Shown here: positions 13,443 through 27,277 of the stretch, piece by piece
Layout: every line of letters begins with the position of its first letter
How positions within the stretch are numbered: the first letter of the stretch is position 1
Assembly: GCA_026025075.1 (NCBI GenBank)
Contig: JAPEUI010000030.1
Coordinates: forward strand, 62,001 to 126,000
Length of the DNA stretch: 64,000 nucleotides
Source of the DNA: Vezdaea acicularis
Lineage: Eukaryota
Reading direction: 5' to 3'
Made by a program: the position numbers and the translations under genes
The notes under the pieces: generated by a model
What the model saw: only the letters and a program-made list of their open reading frames with translations
Told to the model about the DNA's origin: nothing
The model's database searches: none

Positions 13443-14228
13443 GCCGCTGACTACAATCGCAGGAGGATGGAATCGAAGGGCGCAGCACGCCTGCTGCCTC
13501 GACCGCCTTCACTAGCTCCGGAGGAGCCCCTGCTCCAATTACAATTACCCTTTGCGAGCGCGATGGTAAGGAAAGTACATAAAACTAGTGAGTGTAGAGG
13601 AAGGTGTGAAAAAGACTCTGTTCTGGCGAGCGTCAATACGGACGTCTGAACTGATATATTTCGACGCGAACGCCCAGGGAAAATCTGAATCGCGTGTTCA
13701 GAGCCAGGCAATAACCTTGGGCGGTCAACAACAGGCTCGGTTAGGGTATCTGCAGCTTTCCAGGCACTGCGACATGCACTAATCCAGGTACCAACCTCCC
13801 CGATTAAAGTTCACAGTTCTAGAAAGCTCATTGACGAGAACAGCCTTGAATATAACGCCTTCGGTTTGTAGGCTATTTTTGAAGTTTGAGCTTGAAAGAT
13901 AACATGAATCAATGTCTCAGATTCAACATAACTTACTCTCTACCTCAAGTGATACCTGATTATACCGTCGAGCAGAATTGCATAATCACGAAAGAGCATC
14001 AATAAGTGTGGTATTGGAAGAAGTTAACTTATAGCGGTAGCAGTACTTCCCTGTCTTCTTATTATGAAATATCTCAACAGATCCAATTCAAAGCACTCTG
14101 ATTCAAGAGCAATCAGGTGATGAGTGATGCCTCGTAGATAGCCTTTCGCTATTTAGCTTCTAGTACTAATTATTTTACGATACATTTACATTTGAGGGTG
14201 GCCCAGGCTGTCGAATATCAAGCCTCGC

Positions 14229-15269
14229 TCAATTCGCTGGTAACCTCTCCACGACCACTGCCATCTCTGCATCTGTGTAAATCCTGAAACCTTTGTCTTT
14301 GGTAACGCTTGCTAGCTGTACGTTCTTCGAGTCTAATTTCTCTTCCATGACTTGCTTTAGAGTTTTGAGAACAAGAGTCTCGGCCTCTTCCAATGTCAAT
14401 GACTAAGATCAATGTTAACAGTTATTGGCGCGGCATTCCGTAAGAGTATGACTAACTTTATGGAATTCATTCTGTAGTTCTGCTTGAGCACCTTCAGACC
14501 CTGACCCGATAGCCTTCGCATCGTATCGATAGAAAGTCCCAGATGGCTCAGCATGATATCTAGTCCAACGTCAGTTCTACCTCTGGTATGAAGATCGACA
14601 CTTCAATCTTACAAGCATGGCCCATCTTCGTCGTACCCAGCAATGAGTAAAGCAACACCGAATGGCCTCGACATTATGCTCTCCTCCCCCTCTGCTCCCT
14701 CTCCGAAACGTAGCGCAAGATCGCATATAGCCTGGGTGCAGCTCTCTACCCTTAAAGGTTCGTTGTAATGAAACGCATGACTCTGCGACTCTACCCGCGC
14801 GTGTTCAATCATTGATCTAGCATCTGCTTGAAGACCTGACATGGCGCATCCGATGTGACGATCTATCTCAACGATTTTCTCCACGGAAGAAGTCTCTAAT
14901 AATGTAGAGGTTACCCTCTTTTCGACGCCTAGAATGACCCCATCTCCAGTAGCAACCTAGTTGATAGTAAGGTTAGTTGTATGATACAATAAAGCTCCGA
15001 AGCCGGCATAAAAGCTCTGATTGTGGGAACGTACACCTATTGCAGTCGATCCCAGCTTTATGGCCTCAAGGGAGTATTCGACCTGGAACAAACGACCTTC
15101 AGGCGAGAAAGTGCTAAGAAAGTTGTTAGTGGCAAGTCAATAGGAATAATGTGTTCTTCACATTCGCCGTACTTTATACCACGATCTAATACATAGCGCC
15201 GGTCAGAGTGGTCCTTGAAGCAGAAGCTATACCAGAAAGCTTACCATATTCGGATCGTGCAATGAACAT
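14229..15269 (-). CDS. PUP2: 20S proteasome subunit alpha-5 (multi-exon, includes a 13-nt microexon)
   Basis: [80 protein letters not shown]. Confidence 0.96.
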
Positions 15270-15539
15270 TTTGGGCGCTTCACGAAGCTCTCTTTAAGTT
15301 GATTAATTACTCTTTCTCTCTCAAGATAGAGGTGAATATCGTCTTGCCGTTAAGTTTCGAAATAAGCACAGAAACAGCGAAAGAAGTTGTGTGAGAAAGT
15401 AGGACCGGCAGCACCAATATCATGAAGAACAAGCCCCAGGAACACGCAACGGAGAGCTCTGCCTGGCCAACACCACCAGGGCTGCAGGGTTCAGCCGAGT
15501 CGCGCTAGGCTCGTTACAGCATTTCGAGATCCAGATGCG

Positions 15540-15545
15540 ACGCGT
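15540..15545. promoter_or_regulatory. MCB-like element (ACGCGT) upstream of GCP2
   Basis: ACGCGT about 100 bp upstream of the ATG of a spindle-pole gene; a single hexamer only. Confidence 0.3.
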
Positions 15546-15645
15546 TTGCCCCGCGCACGTAGTAAATTACCATCCACGCACCGCCAAATGCTTCGAAAAT
15601 CAGCGGCACGACCAACTTCGAATCCTAGCAGACTAGCCCTGAGCT

Positions 15646-18595
15646 ATGTCATCCTCAGCCAATGCCAGAGGATCGACTTACCCCAATCGACGGCCACCAT
15701 CTTCTTACGACACTACGAGAGCTCGTGCGCCATCTGGAGCCAATCGCGAGCGAGACAGGCACGAGCCACGAAGAACGGATTCTCCACAGCTTTCGAATAT
15801 CGATGATGTATCTAGGCGTGCTGCATCTGGATCCCACAGAGCAAATGGCTCAGTGAGCGAAAGGAGGACAGAACGGACAAACGTTACTACCAGGGAAAAT
15901 GTAGTTGTGCGGACCAAAAGTCCCACGAAGAGCTATGCAGAGGAGGGCGCTACGATAAAGGGTGACAGGGATAGGGAGGCGGGAAGAGCGGGGGGCAGAG
16001 CAGGTGTTGGAAGCTCTGCTGGCCTGAAGAAAGAAAGAGAGCAGGGGCAAGAGCTAGCATGGACTCCCCAAGTGACTCTAGTTCCTCACACGACGGCACC
16101 TCTTGCTCCTCGAACATCCAATCCTCCGCTCGCATCCAAGGCGCCTCAATCGCTAGAACCTCGGCCTCTGAACCAGCTATCTCTTGAGCTTCAAGAAGCT
16201 GTTATATTGGAAGATCTCCTGTTTGTATTCATGGGTTGTGAAGGGCAGTACATCCGATTTGTGGACTCGTACAATCCTGCGGTTGAGAAAGATCGCTTGG
16301 CTGGACCTAGCTTTCGAATTCTTCCTGGGCTTGACCCGAGTCTAAGGGACCTTACGAATACGATGTTGAAGATGGCGACGCATTATGGGGCTATCGAGGT
16401 ATTCGTGGAAGTACAGAGCCGGGAAGAATTTGGAGCGGTCAATCACGCGCTCTGCGCAGCGATACGGAAGCTTTTGAAAGACTACCTCGTCCTGATTGCT
16501 CAACTAGAGCATCAACTCCTCACCAACCCATCATTCACTCTGCACGTCCTACACCTGCATACCCTACCAACAAGCCACATGCTCCAACAAGTCTACTCCC
16601 TCGCCCACGAAATCCTGAAAAAGAACTCCCTCCTAGAAGAAGACCTCGAAGACTCTGTCGACGAATACGACGATGTCGAAAACATCCTCGAATCTCTCCG
16701 TGAAGGCGGCGAGTTAGGCCCTGGCGGCATGTCCTCTAAAAAGATTTGCAAAGGAGGCACCGTCCTCGGCCTGCTCACCCAGCGCCTGGCCTCCATGTCC
16801 GGCGATCCAGCGGCTCGCTCTCTGCTGACCAGCCTCCTGCGCGAAGCAAGCCGCCCCTACATGACCATGCTGAATGAATGGCTGCACCATGGCGGCATCA
16901 AAGACCCACACGCCGAGTTTCTCGTCAAGGAGCAGAAAAGCATCCGGCGTGAGCGGCTAGAGGAGGACTACACGGACGAGTACTGGGAGAAACGGTACAC
17001 CATCCGCGATTCAGACGTGCCACCCCAGCTCGAAGGCGTCCGAGAAAAAGTGCTCTTGGCGGGAAAATACCTCAACGTGGTGCGCGAATGCGGCGGCGTC
17101 GACGTCAGCAAAGCCGTGCAAGACGTCCCCAAGACCTTCGACGACATCCGCTTCCTCGACAACGTCAACGGCGCCTACGCCCACGCCAACTCCTCCCTGC
17201 TCAACCTCCTCCTCACCACGCACGCCCTCCCCGCCCGCCTCCGCTCCCTGAAACACTACTTCTTCCTCGACCGCTCCGACTTCTTCAGCTACTTCCTCGA
17301 ACTCTCCACCAGCGAGCTGAAAAAGCCCGCCCGCGCCGTCAACGTCAATAAACTGCAATCCCTCCTCGACCTCGTCCTCCGCCAGCCCGGCAGTGTCGCT
17401 GCCCACGACCCCTTCAAGGAAGACGTCAAAGTCCAAATGAACGAAGTCGGCCTCACTAAATGGCTCATGCGCGTCGTCTCCGTCTCCGGCATCGACCAAG
17501 ACGGCACCACCCCCAACGGAGGGGATCTCGACAAATACACCACCACCACCATCACCCCCGCCACCACAACCACCACCGCCGCCGCACCACCCGACGACGA
17601 CAAAAACATCATCGGCTTCAACGCCCTCGAGTTAGACTACACAGTCCCGTTCCCGCTCTCCCTCGTCATCTCCCGCAAGACCGTGCTCCGCTACCAACTC
17701 CTCTTCCGCTACCTCCTCTCCCTGCGCCACCTCGAGACGCAGCTCTCCGCCGCCTGGACCGAACACGCCCGCCTGCCCGCCTGGAAACACAAGAGCAGCT
17801 CCCCCGCCATCGAGCTCTGGAAGCGGCGCGCCTGGACCCTGCGCGCACGCATGCTCGTCTTCGTGCAGCAGCTGCTGTATTTTTGCACGGCGGAGGTTAT
17901 TGAACCCAATTGGCAGGCGCTCATGGCGCGTTTGAACGAGACGGATGAGGTTGAGAGCGGGGGAAGTGGTGCGGGGACGGGCAGCGCGGCGGCGGCGGCG
18001 GGGCAGAAGAAGGTGGATCGTACGGTGGACGAGCTCATGCAGGACCATGTCGACTTCTTGGACACGTGTTTGAAGGAGTGTATGCTCACGAACTCGAAAC
18101 TGCTCAAGGTATATTTCTCCTCTACCATCTTAGTTCTCATCACCCTCCGCTCTCCCCTTCCACGCTTGTTCTCACCCAACTATCCACTAACCATACCACC
18201 TCCCCGTCCAGATCCACTCCAAAATAATGGTCGTCTGCAGCATGTACGCCTCCTACACTCTAGTCCTAAGCCGCCACCTCCTCGCCGCCGACCCGGACCT
18301 TTGCTCTTCCTCATCTCCTCCCTCATCCTCCAACCACCCCTCCACAGACCCCCCCTCCTCAACAACAACACAACAACAACACGACCCAACCCGCCTAGCC
18401 AAGCTCTCCGACAATCTAGCCAAATATGAAGACAACTTCTCACGCCATCTCAAGATCCTGCTCGACGTCCTCAATTACTTCGCCGCGACGGAGACGGTGC
18501 GGTTCTTGGGTCTGTGCGCGCGGCTCAGTGCGGCGAGCGAGGGCGTGGATGCGACGAGGGGTGGAGAGGGGAGGGAGGTGGGGAGGGGGGTGTGA
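15646..18595 (+). CDS. SPC97: Gamma-tubulin complex component GCP2 (Spc97/Alp4)
   Basis: ILEDLLFVFMGCEGQYI, DYTDEYWEKRYT, LRSLKHYFFLD, DFLDTCLKECMLTN; intron at about 18109-18211; last exon ends at 18595. Confidence 0.95.
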
Positions 18596-21500
18596 TGCTT
18601 GGCGGTGGTGGTGGTGGTGGTGATGTTGTCGAGAAGGGAGGGGGGACGGGTGATCAAATTAGGCGTTCTGGGGCGGTCGAAGGGAAGGGCATGGGAGGAG
18701 TTCCGACGGTGGAGTGTATCTCTCTCCTCTCTTTTGGCAGGTCGAGTTATTTATTTTTGTGGGGCTGCGGAGAGGGAATGGATGTCCTTGCATGCATGCG
18801 TCGGGCACGGGGGAACCGGGATGATCTGGGTCAGCCCACTAGCTCTGCGGGTTGAGAAATGTCTTGACTCCAATCGAGGAACTTTCCTCGTCGTTTGTAC
18901 TTTCATGGCACGGCGAGAGCCGAGATCATGAGCTTTGGGCTATGAGCACGTCTTATCAGAGGATTTTCCACAATAGCGTCTGTTATGAGAGTTGCTGTAC
19001 ATAGAGTGCATGGAAATGATATTGTAGACGAACGCTATTGCTAGGGTTCGGAGAGCTGGCAGCTGAGTGATAGCAAGACTATCAACGGCTTGACCTGCGC
19101 AAGACCAATGCGTCTTGTGAATCCAGTGAGTCAGAACCGACGATCAATTCTCCATTGAGGAGGACTGCCACCAAAAACGTGTTAGGATCGCAGCCGTAAT
19201 AGAGAGATCCGATACTAGCAGCAAGCACGTAGCTCTCTGGGTCAACGGGCCGTTCGCAGCCACAGCCAAAATGAACCACCAAAAGGGTAACTTTCAGCAT
19301 CACAAATTCTAAAGGAGTTCGAGTGCACGTCGAGATCTTCATGAAAGAAAAAAAGATCACCAGATCTTCGTGGCGTGCCCCGTCTTGGACGAGCTGACCG
19401 ACAAAGGCCTCTGGATTGGTCGGCCGGCACGGCTGGGATCACGATGAGCTCGCCTCACATGGCGCAAACGAGGTCTGCCTGCAGGTCACGATAAAGATGC
19501 ACTGATTAGGGGCTCCTCGAGGACCACGTCGTCGGTGGCAAAGATCTCGGGCGCGAACAAGTCCGGCGGACTGGGTTTCTGGTATCCATGGGCCTCCTGG
19601 CATCGACCCGACAATACCGAAAGAAGACTTACAACGGACCCTTCTTTGGGACTTTGAATTATTTTAAAAAACAGCCTCGACATCTCTTTCCCTACCTCAG
19701 GAATTTGGTTGGACTCCTCTCGATGCAAGCCATATTACCACTTGTTTGCGGCGATGGGGGACCGAGACAACTCAAAGCAAATCAAGACGTGAGGACCCGC
19801 GTCCAAGGAATCGGGCTCGGCTCGTAGGCGAATCGCGGCACAGCCAAATTGCCGGAAATTGAGGAAGCTAACAACTTGCGCCATGAAGAGGGAGGGATGA
19901 CTAGAGACGACGACCTACTGGTAGCTTCACCGCCTCTCCGCCCTGTTAAACAGGAATATCCAATAATCGATGGCCAGTTTGATCGACCGAGTTCGGTGAG
20001 GAGATAGGCTCGAGTGGTTTGGCAGATTTGGAGCTTCAAGCCGCGCGGACGTCGATGCAGATCTGACCTGACTAATGCACCTGTCATCCACTCGTTGCAA
20101 ATGCTGTCTTCCGTAAAAATTATGCAATGTCTGGGATATGGCGTCCGGGAAGGAGTGGGCGGGACACAGATCTTATGTTGGGGCTTTGGCGGAGAAAATG
20201 GCTCAATCAATGGGTGACCATTGCAAGCCGCTTCAGTGGCGTCTTGAAGATCCGGCCGACGCCGTTTTGATGTCTACCGCAGTTGGCGCAACTCACCAGG
20301 GAAGTGTCCGTCCGGCGTCACTAGACTACGGCGCCAGCTGGGTTAACCTTCATCGCCCCAGGCTACGTGAAGGTAGTGGCTCACGACCGGATGGACTCTC
20401 TTCGGATTTCCGTCCGCCTTCAGAGTGTTGATGGTGATCTTCATCGAAACTAGTTCTGTTGGTTCTTCCTAGAGCTGAGATCAAGCATGAACCATCGCTA
20501 GCTGTCTGCGCTGTCGTGTTGATCTTGAAAACTTTGACAACAGCATCGCCCGACGTTCGCTTAGGCTCAATTGCAGCATCCGCATGGGCTCTGACCCGGA
20601 ACTCGTAGTGTTTCTGGAGAGCGGGCCCGTCATCATCTCTCAGCGATCAGCCCCGTCCAAATTCGGTGCAGGGGGGTGGTCAAGGTTCAACGGTGTCCCG
20701 TCTTTGGCATCATGCTTCCCCGTCCGGCTATTCTTCTGAAGGAGGAGAAGATCCTAGTCAGATAGGGAATGGCGGGTGTCTCTGGTAAGTGGTCAATGCG
20801 GACATGAACCGTCCATCTTCTTGTCCTTCGCGTCTAGTGCTGTCTAGTCAAGGTCAAATCGAAGATTGAAATACGTTCGCGGCGGCAAGGCTGGCGATCA
20901 AGTGAAGAAGAGGAATTTTTCAATGCCGATGAGGGCTTGTCCCAGGCTCCTGGATGGCGGACTCGCGGAAGACGACCCGACACCGGTCCGTGCCCTAGTG
21001 AGCTGTGCACCACTCGATCGTTATCCTAAGGTGACCACAGCGTCGTACAGCGTTCCTGCCGAGCACTGGCAGAATCGACCCGCCCACGGTAGAGAAAAGG
21101 GGGGGTGGGAAAGCCATTTCAAGCTCAAGGCGCCAGGATGCCAACGCAGCACACATCTTCTATCTCAAGTCGCGCTGAGTCTACGTTGCTGTAGTCCCTC
21201 CCAGAAGTAGTTTTCCCGCTGGTAACTCTCCTGCGAGTAATACCGCTAGGTACTCCCAGCTAGCTCCAAGCGGAGCGTGAGCTACCGTAGTTCGGGCATA
21301 GGCACTAAAGACGGTACCACGAGTTTGGCGCTCGCCAGTTCGAGGTATAAGTCTCGACTTTCGTCTTTCAACTCGGAATCAGCCTCCGAGTCAGTAGTTC
21401 GGTGAATTTCCTTCCCCATGATTCACGTCGCCCAAGCGCAATGACCGCATGCAACTTTCGACAATTTCACTTCCCCGCCACCCACACGTGTACAAGATTC

Positions 21501-22019
21501 CCCAGGCGGCAAGAAAACAACAAAGTAAGCTAGGCGCAATGAAGTTTCCACGGTTGTGATGGTTCCGTATCGCCAAAGAGTAGGGATGACCTCGAAGTCG
21601 ATGATACGAGCTCTTGCTTAGACCCAATGCTGGTCAGACCCTGGGACTAACCTGATACGCGTGGGAGCAGCACGCGTTTGGACCGCAACCTCGAACCAGA
21701 ATTGGCCCCCTCTTTAGCCATTTTGCGGGTGGAGCACGTTGTGATGCCATTTTCCACAGCAGCTAACCATGGTTCCATGTTCGTCGGGGCCCCTCCCCAA
21801 TCATGTCCGCAGCATCGTTAGCACAGAAGTCTTACGCCCAGTTTGGCACACCCGTGCACTCTTGCAGTCAGTTTTCCAAATTGGAGCCTGACGCTACGGC
21901 AAAGTTTTGCCTTGACCTTCTATTATATCTGGCTTGTCCCTCAGCAACTCAGATCTCGGCTGGCTAGCAACACGATCACTCCACGGATTTGGGAGCATTT
22001 CTCCTGTGATCTTCACGAT

Positions 22020-23691
22020 ATGTCAGGGTAGCGTTTCCAGTGATCATGAGTTTCCTCGGCTCCCTGACGGCTAACGAAAGTGGATGAACAGCGACAGCGA
22101 CTCTGATACGGTGGCGGTCGACACCTCCTTTTTGGAAAAGGTGACACTTTGCAACAGGCAATATCAGCGCTATGCTGTTGAACGCTCCGTATATTTTGAG
22201 CCGATCGATGAGGTCAGTGTCCCTGGCCAGATAACGGCTTCATTAACAGTGTCAAAGCTCCGAAGAAAGTTCTGACGTAACATAGTATGAAGCTGAACGC
22301 TTAAGAAGGCAGCATGAGGTATTGAAGGTAGTGTTCGACAACAAATTGATCTTTCCACCGATCAACAATCCCAAGAAGATACTCGATTGCGGATATGGCA
22401 GCGCACAGTGGGCTCTAGAGGTCGCTGAAGCGTATCCAGGCTGTAAAGTCAGTGCCCGAGCCTCAGCATTTAGACCTTACTCACAGCACATAGGTGATCG
22501 GGGTCGATATATCGCCTCACATGAGACCAGATACGGTACCGGAAAACCTATGGCTACAGGTAAGTCCTGGTGAGGACGTGACTGTTGGTGTAGCCAACCT
22601 ATTATCCCCCGGCTGCGGGCGCATGAAAGCAAGATGAGTTTTCTCTTCATCTCGCCGCGATTAGTTGTGGCTCTGCGAACAAGGGCTCTTCCCTCAAGAT
22701 TCCAGCGACTGTCAGAGGTGCCAGCCATCGTGATGCGTCGAGCGATGGCTGATTGTCGCAAGACAGCTTTTACCATTGGGGGCTTACACCGGTCACGAAG
22801 GCTAACCGTTTGCTTGCTGTGTAGATGGACGACCTGAATCATACGTTCACCTTTCCACGGGATAGTTTCGATTTAGTCCACTCAAGGCTCGTTGCTGGAG
22901 GCATCGACCGTCAAAGATGGCCCTCGTACGTGAGAGACATCGTAAGGTTCGTCCTCAGGGCTTGGTCCCTTGCCACTTTTCTGATTTGGGCGGCCGGGCT
23001 GAAGTGCTGATCCGGCGAATAGGGTCTTAAAGCCGGGCGGCTGGGTTCAATTCGTGGAAATCTATTGGAACTGTCAGTCCGATAATGGACTACTCACCGA
23101 CGATCACGCGCTTCGACAATGGAGCAACAAGTACATGAACTCGCCGCTTTCGCATAAGAAAGATCTCCGTACGCACCTGACTCTTGAGCCCAACATGAGA
23201 GCAGCCGGTTTGATCAACATACAACATACCAAGATCCAACTGCCTCTGACCGGATGGTCACCAGGTAAGATGTTCCAGTCTCTGTTGCAGGTCTCCCGTC
23301 TCTTTGACGAGCCTGTATTGGCCAAGCACACACCAGCCTCTTCGTGGTGGGAGAAACAGCAGAAACCTGGGAGTGATTTCCTGTCCTTGTCCGAACCTCT
23401 GAGATGACCACTGACTCTGTCCGACTCATAGATCAGAAACAGTTTCAGATCGGAGAACTCAACCGAGAGAATACATCTCGATTGTTGGACTCTATGGTTT
23501 TGTGGCCGTTCCTGGAGATGCTCAAGATGAATCGAGAGGATCTGGTTGTTCTCATTGCACATGCTCGGGCCGAAGCTGCCCATCCCGGCCTCAAGGCATA
23601 TTTCCCTCTGTCGGTCCTGCCTCTTTTCACTAGTGTTGCCTCGCTAATATCACGTAGGTACGTTTACATCGGGCAAAAGGCAGGAGCTTAG
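22020..23691 (+). CDS. SAM-dependent methyltransferase, LaeA/UmtA (TAM-domain)-like, 8 exons
   Basis: Spliced reading MSGDSDSD...YFEPIDE|YEAERL...ILDCGYGSAQWA...VIGVDISPHM...LWLQ|MDDLN..FDLVHSRL...VLKPGGWVQFVE...YFPL|YVYIGQK. Confidence 0.9.
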
Positions 23692-24974
23692 GGTCTGCTC
23701 GGGGGTCGGCCGTAGATTCTCCGAATTGACTTGTTTTTGCCCAACGATCGTTGCACTCCCAGCCACGGACCTTCTCTGAAGCCGTATCTCGAGCCGAGCA
23801 CAAGGACAAGTCGGAGCCACTCATTGGTGCCAATCTAGGGCTGCCCACGATACGAGAACCGATCACGAAGCGTTGGTGGCGGGATTGGGACTCTTGCAAG
23901 CTAATCCTTCTTACGTTCTGGCAGCAGGCCACCTCTTCCTGACGTCGAGCTTTGGATCTGTGGAAGGTGATCGGGTTCTGGAGTCTCATTGTCATGTCAG
24001 CAAGGTCCTCTTCGCTCTCTGCTTCTGGATTTCTGGTTCGAAGGTGGCAGTTGTCTGGCTTGAAGAATGATCCTGGAGTTGAAAAACTCTTCCTGCTGCC
24101 GCTCTTTTCATTGCCATTTTCTGCATAGCGAAGCGTTATGAAACCCCCCATGGCGCGGCGCAGTCTAGCATTTCCATCCCAATTGAGAAGGTGACAGCTC
24201 GAAGACGGCAGTTGCGTCTGTCCGTGTTATATGCTCAAGGTGTTGGTGAGGACCTGCTTCGTGACACGCCGCCTCTTTGAGAATGTCCTATCCCCAATCA
24301 CCTTCCCCCATAGCACCAACACCGTTGAAGAGAGGGTGTCAGACTGAGCTTTTTGGAGCAAGCTTACCGTTACAGATAGCAAATGAGAGTCAGACGACAG
24401 CGAGGATGGTCTGCAACTACGAATTGGACGACGCAGGATGCACGGAGCACGAGGTCTAATTGATCGAACACCGAGGGAAAGCAGTCAGTTCAGTTGAACA
24501 CAGAAGGCCACATGTACGAGATGAACGGCGGCGTCGGCGAGGGCAGCTTCAACAGATGACCGCTTCAAGACGACTGCCCTTCCAGGCCCCGTTTGCCAGG
24601 GCGAGCCGACGCGAAATATGCATCATCGAAGCAACTCTAGAAGAATTTCGGCCTTGTTGATGACGAGGAGGGGAGGGCAGAGGAGGGGAGCGCAGGAGGG
24701 GGGCATTGATGGAAGGGATGGCATTGTCATGGAGCTGGTGGGTGGACGGCCGGCCAATGCCACTATAAGGTTTGCTCCTCGACTGCAGGCGGGAGGCGCA
24801 CCGACAGCAGCGGCCGCGTCGGTGGCTGGCCCGGTGCTCATTGGGCGTGCAGACGAGGGGCGTGGAGTGGGCGGCGGACCGGGTTTGGGGCAGCATCGGC
24901 CCTGCCGAAAGAGGACAAGACAATCCAGCTCCAAGGAGCAGGAACGCGCGATGCGGAAGAGGGCAAGAACGGAG

Positions 24975-25004
24975 AACGGGAAACGGGAAACGGGAAACGG
25001 GAAA
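24975..25004. repeat. Short tandem repeat (AACGGGA)x4
   Basis: aacgggaaacgggaaacgggaaacgggaaa read directly. Confidence 0.85.
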
Positions 25005-25211
25005 AGGCACACGGCAGCGGCCCTATCGGCTGAGACTTCACTCGATTGCGCCGACGGCCGCCCGCCGCCCGAATATCACATCGCGGCGATGGACTTGGGT
25101 AAGAAAGACGCGCTCGTCCTAAGTCTATTTGATAGATGAGAGAGATACGATTCAATGTCCGTCCGATCGCGATGGCCCATGCTCGCCCGCGGTCTCCGCT
25201 GTCTCCGCCGC

Positions 25212-25283
25212 CTCCACTCCCTCCACTCCCTCCACTCCCTCCACCAACTCTCCCACCTCTCCCACCTCTCCCACCTTCTCTCC
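25212..25283. repeat. 9-bp pyrimidine-rich tandem repeats (CTCCACTCC / CTCTCCCAC)
   Basis: Read directly from sequence. Confidence 0.8.
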
Positions 25284-25983
25284 ACTGCCTCCTCCCCCCT
25301 TCAGCAGTTCCCTGAACCCTACCGCGCGCACCCCATCACATCACGTCCCATAGCCCCACTCGCCCAGACCCTGATAAGCTCCGCGCATGACTGCATCCGC
25401 TTTCTTTTTCTTCCTTGCACACGCCGCATTCTCTTTTCCTTTTCCCTGCCCTGGCACGGCCCTCCCACTCCCCTTTTCTCGATGGCGCAAGACGACGACG
25501 ACGACGACGACGTTCGCCCGCCGCCAGGGTAACGCAAACACGTAGCAGCCGCCCATTGCTTGGCGGCCCCCATCGTCACTATCACGATTTGCTTTGCAGC
25601 CGTCCGCGGGCGGATGCCATCACCATTCTCCGCCGTGATCGTTGCAGGAAAGACTGCTGCCCCCCCCGGCTGATGCCGCTCGGCCCAACGGAGCGTGCCC
25701 GGTCCTTCCATTCGGAGACTGGTGGGTCGGCCCAACGTAGCGGCGCTTTAGGCCAGGGGGGGGGGGGGGCAGACGCAAAAGCCCCAAGCGCCAGACGACG
25801 AGGCCCAAGGGGGAGAGGCCCGACGAACGGCCTAGGGGAAGCGGCACTCCCGCCGTACGCGGCCATCACGTGCCCGAGTCCTTGACTGGAATCACCCGCG
25901 ACTCGGCTCGCCCCACGCTGCCGCTTCACAACTTCATCTGCTGTTTCGGGCCTTCGTGCTCGAGATATCTGTCCGGCGTAACC

Positions 25984-27277
<1,294 letters not shown>

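Noticed and set aside
13739..13747. GGTTAGGGT, the reverse complement of a telomerase-template-like ACCCTAACC
   Set aside because: Single 9-mer in a short promoter gap with no room for a kb-scale telomerase RNA; no template found in the larger gaps
22560..22824. Match of the structured intron to the TPP or SAM-I riboswitch consensus, or to an H/ACA snoRNA
   Set aside because: No CUGAGA/ACCUG TPP core; SAM-I-like words are out of order; no ANANNA H box between the hairpins. Kept only as an unclassified structure
24549..25155. Several overlapping 100-170 aa ORFs
   Set aside because: GC-rich, repeat-containing intergenic DNA; no consistent splice structure or recognisable protein
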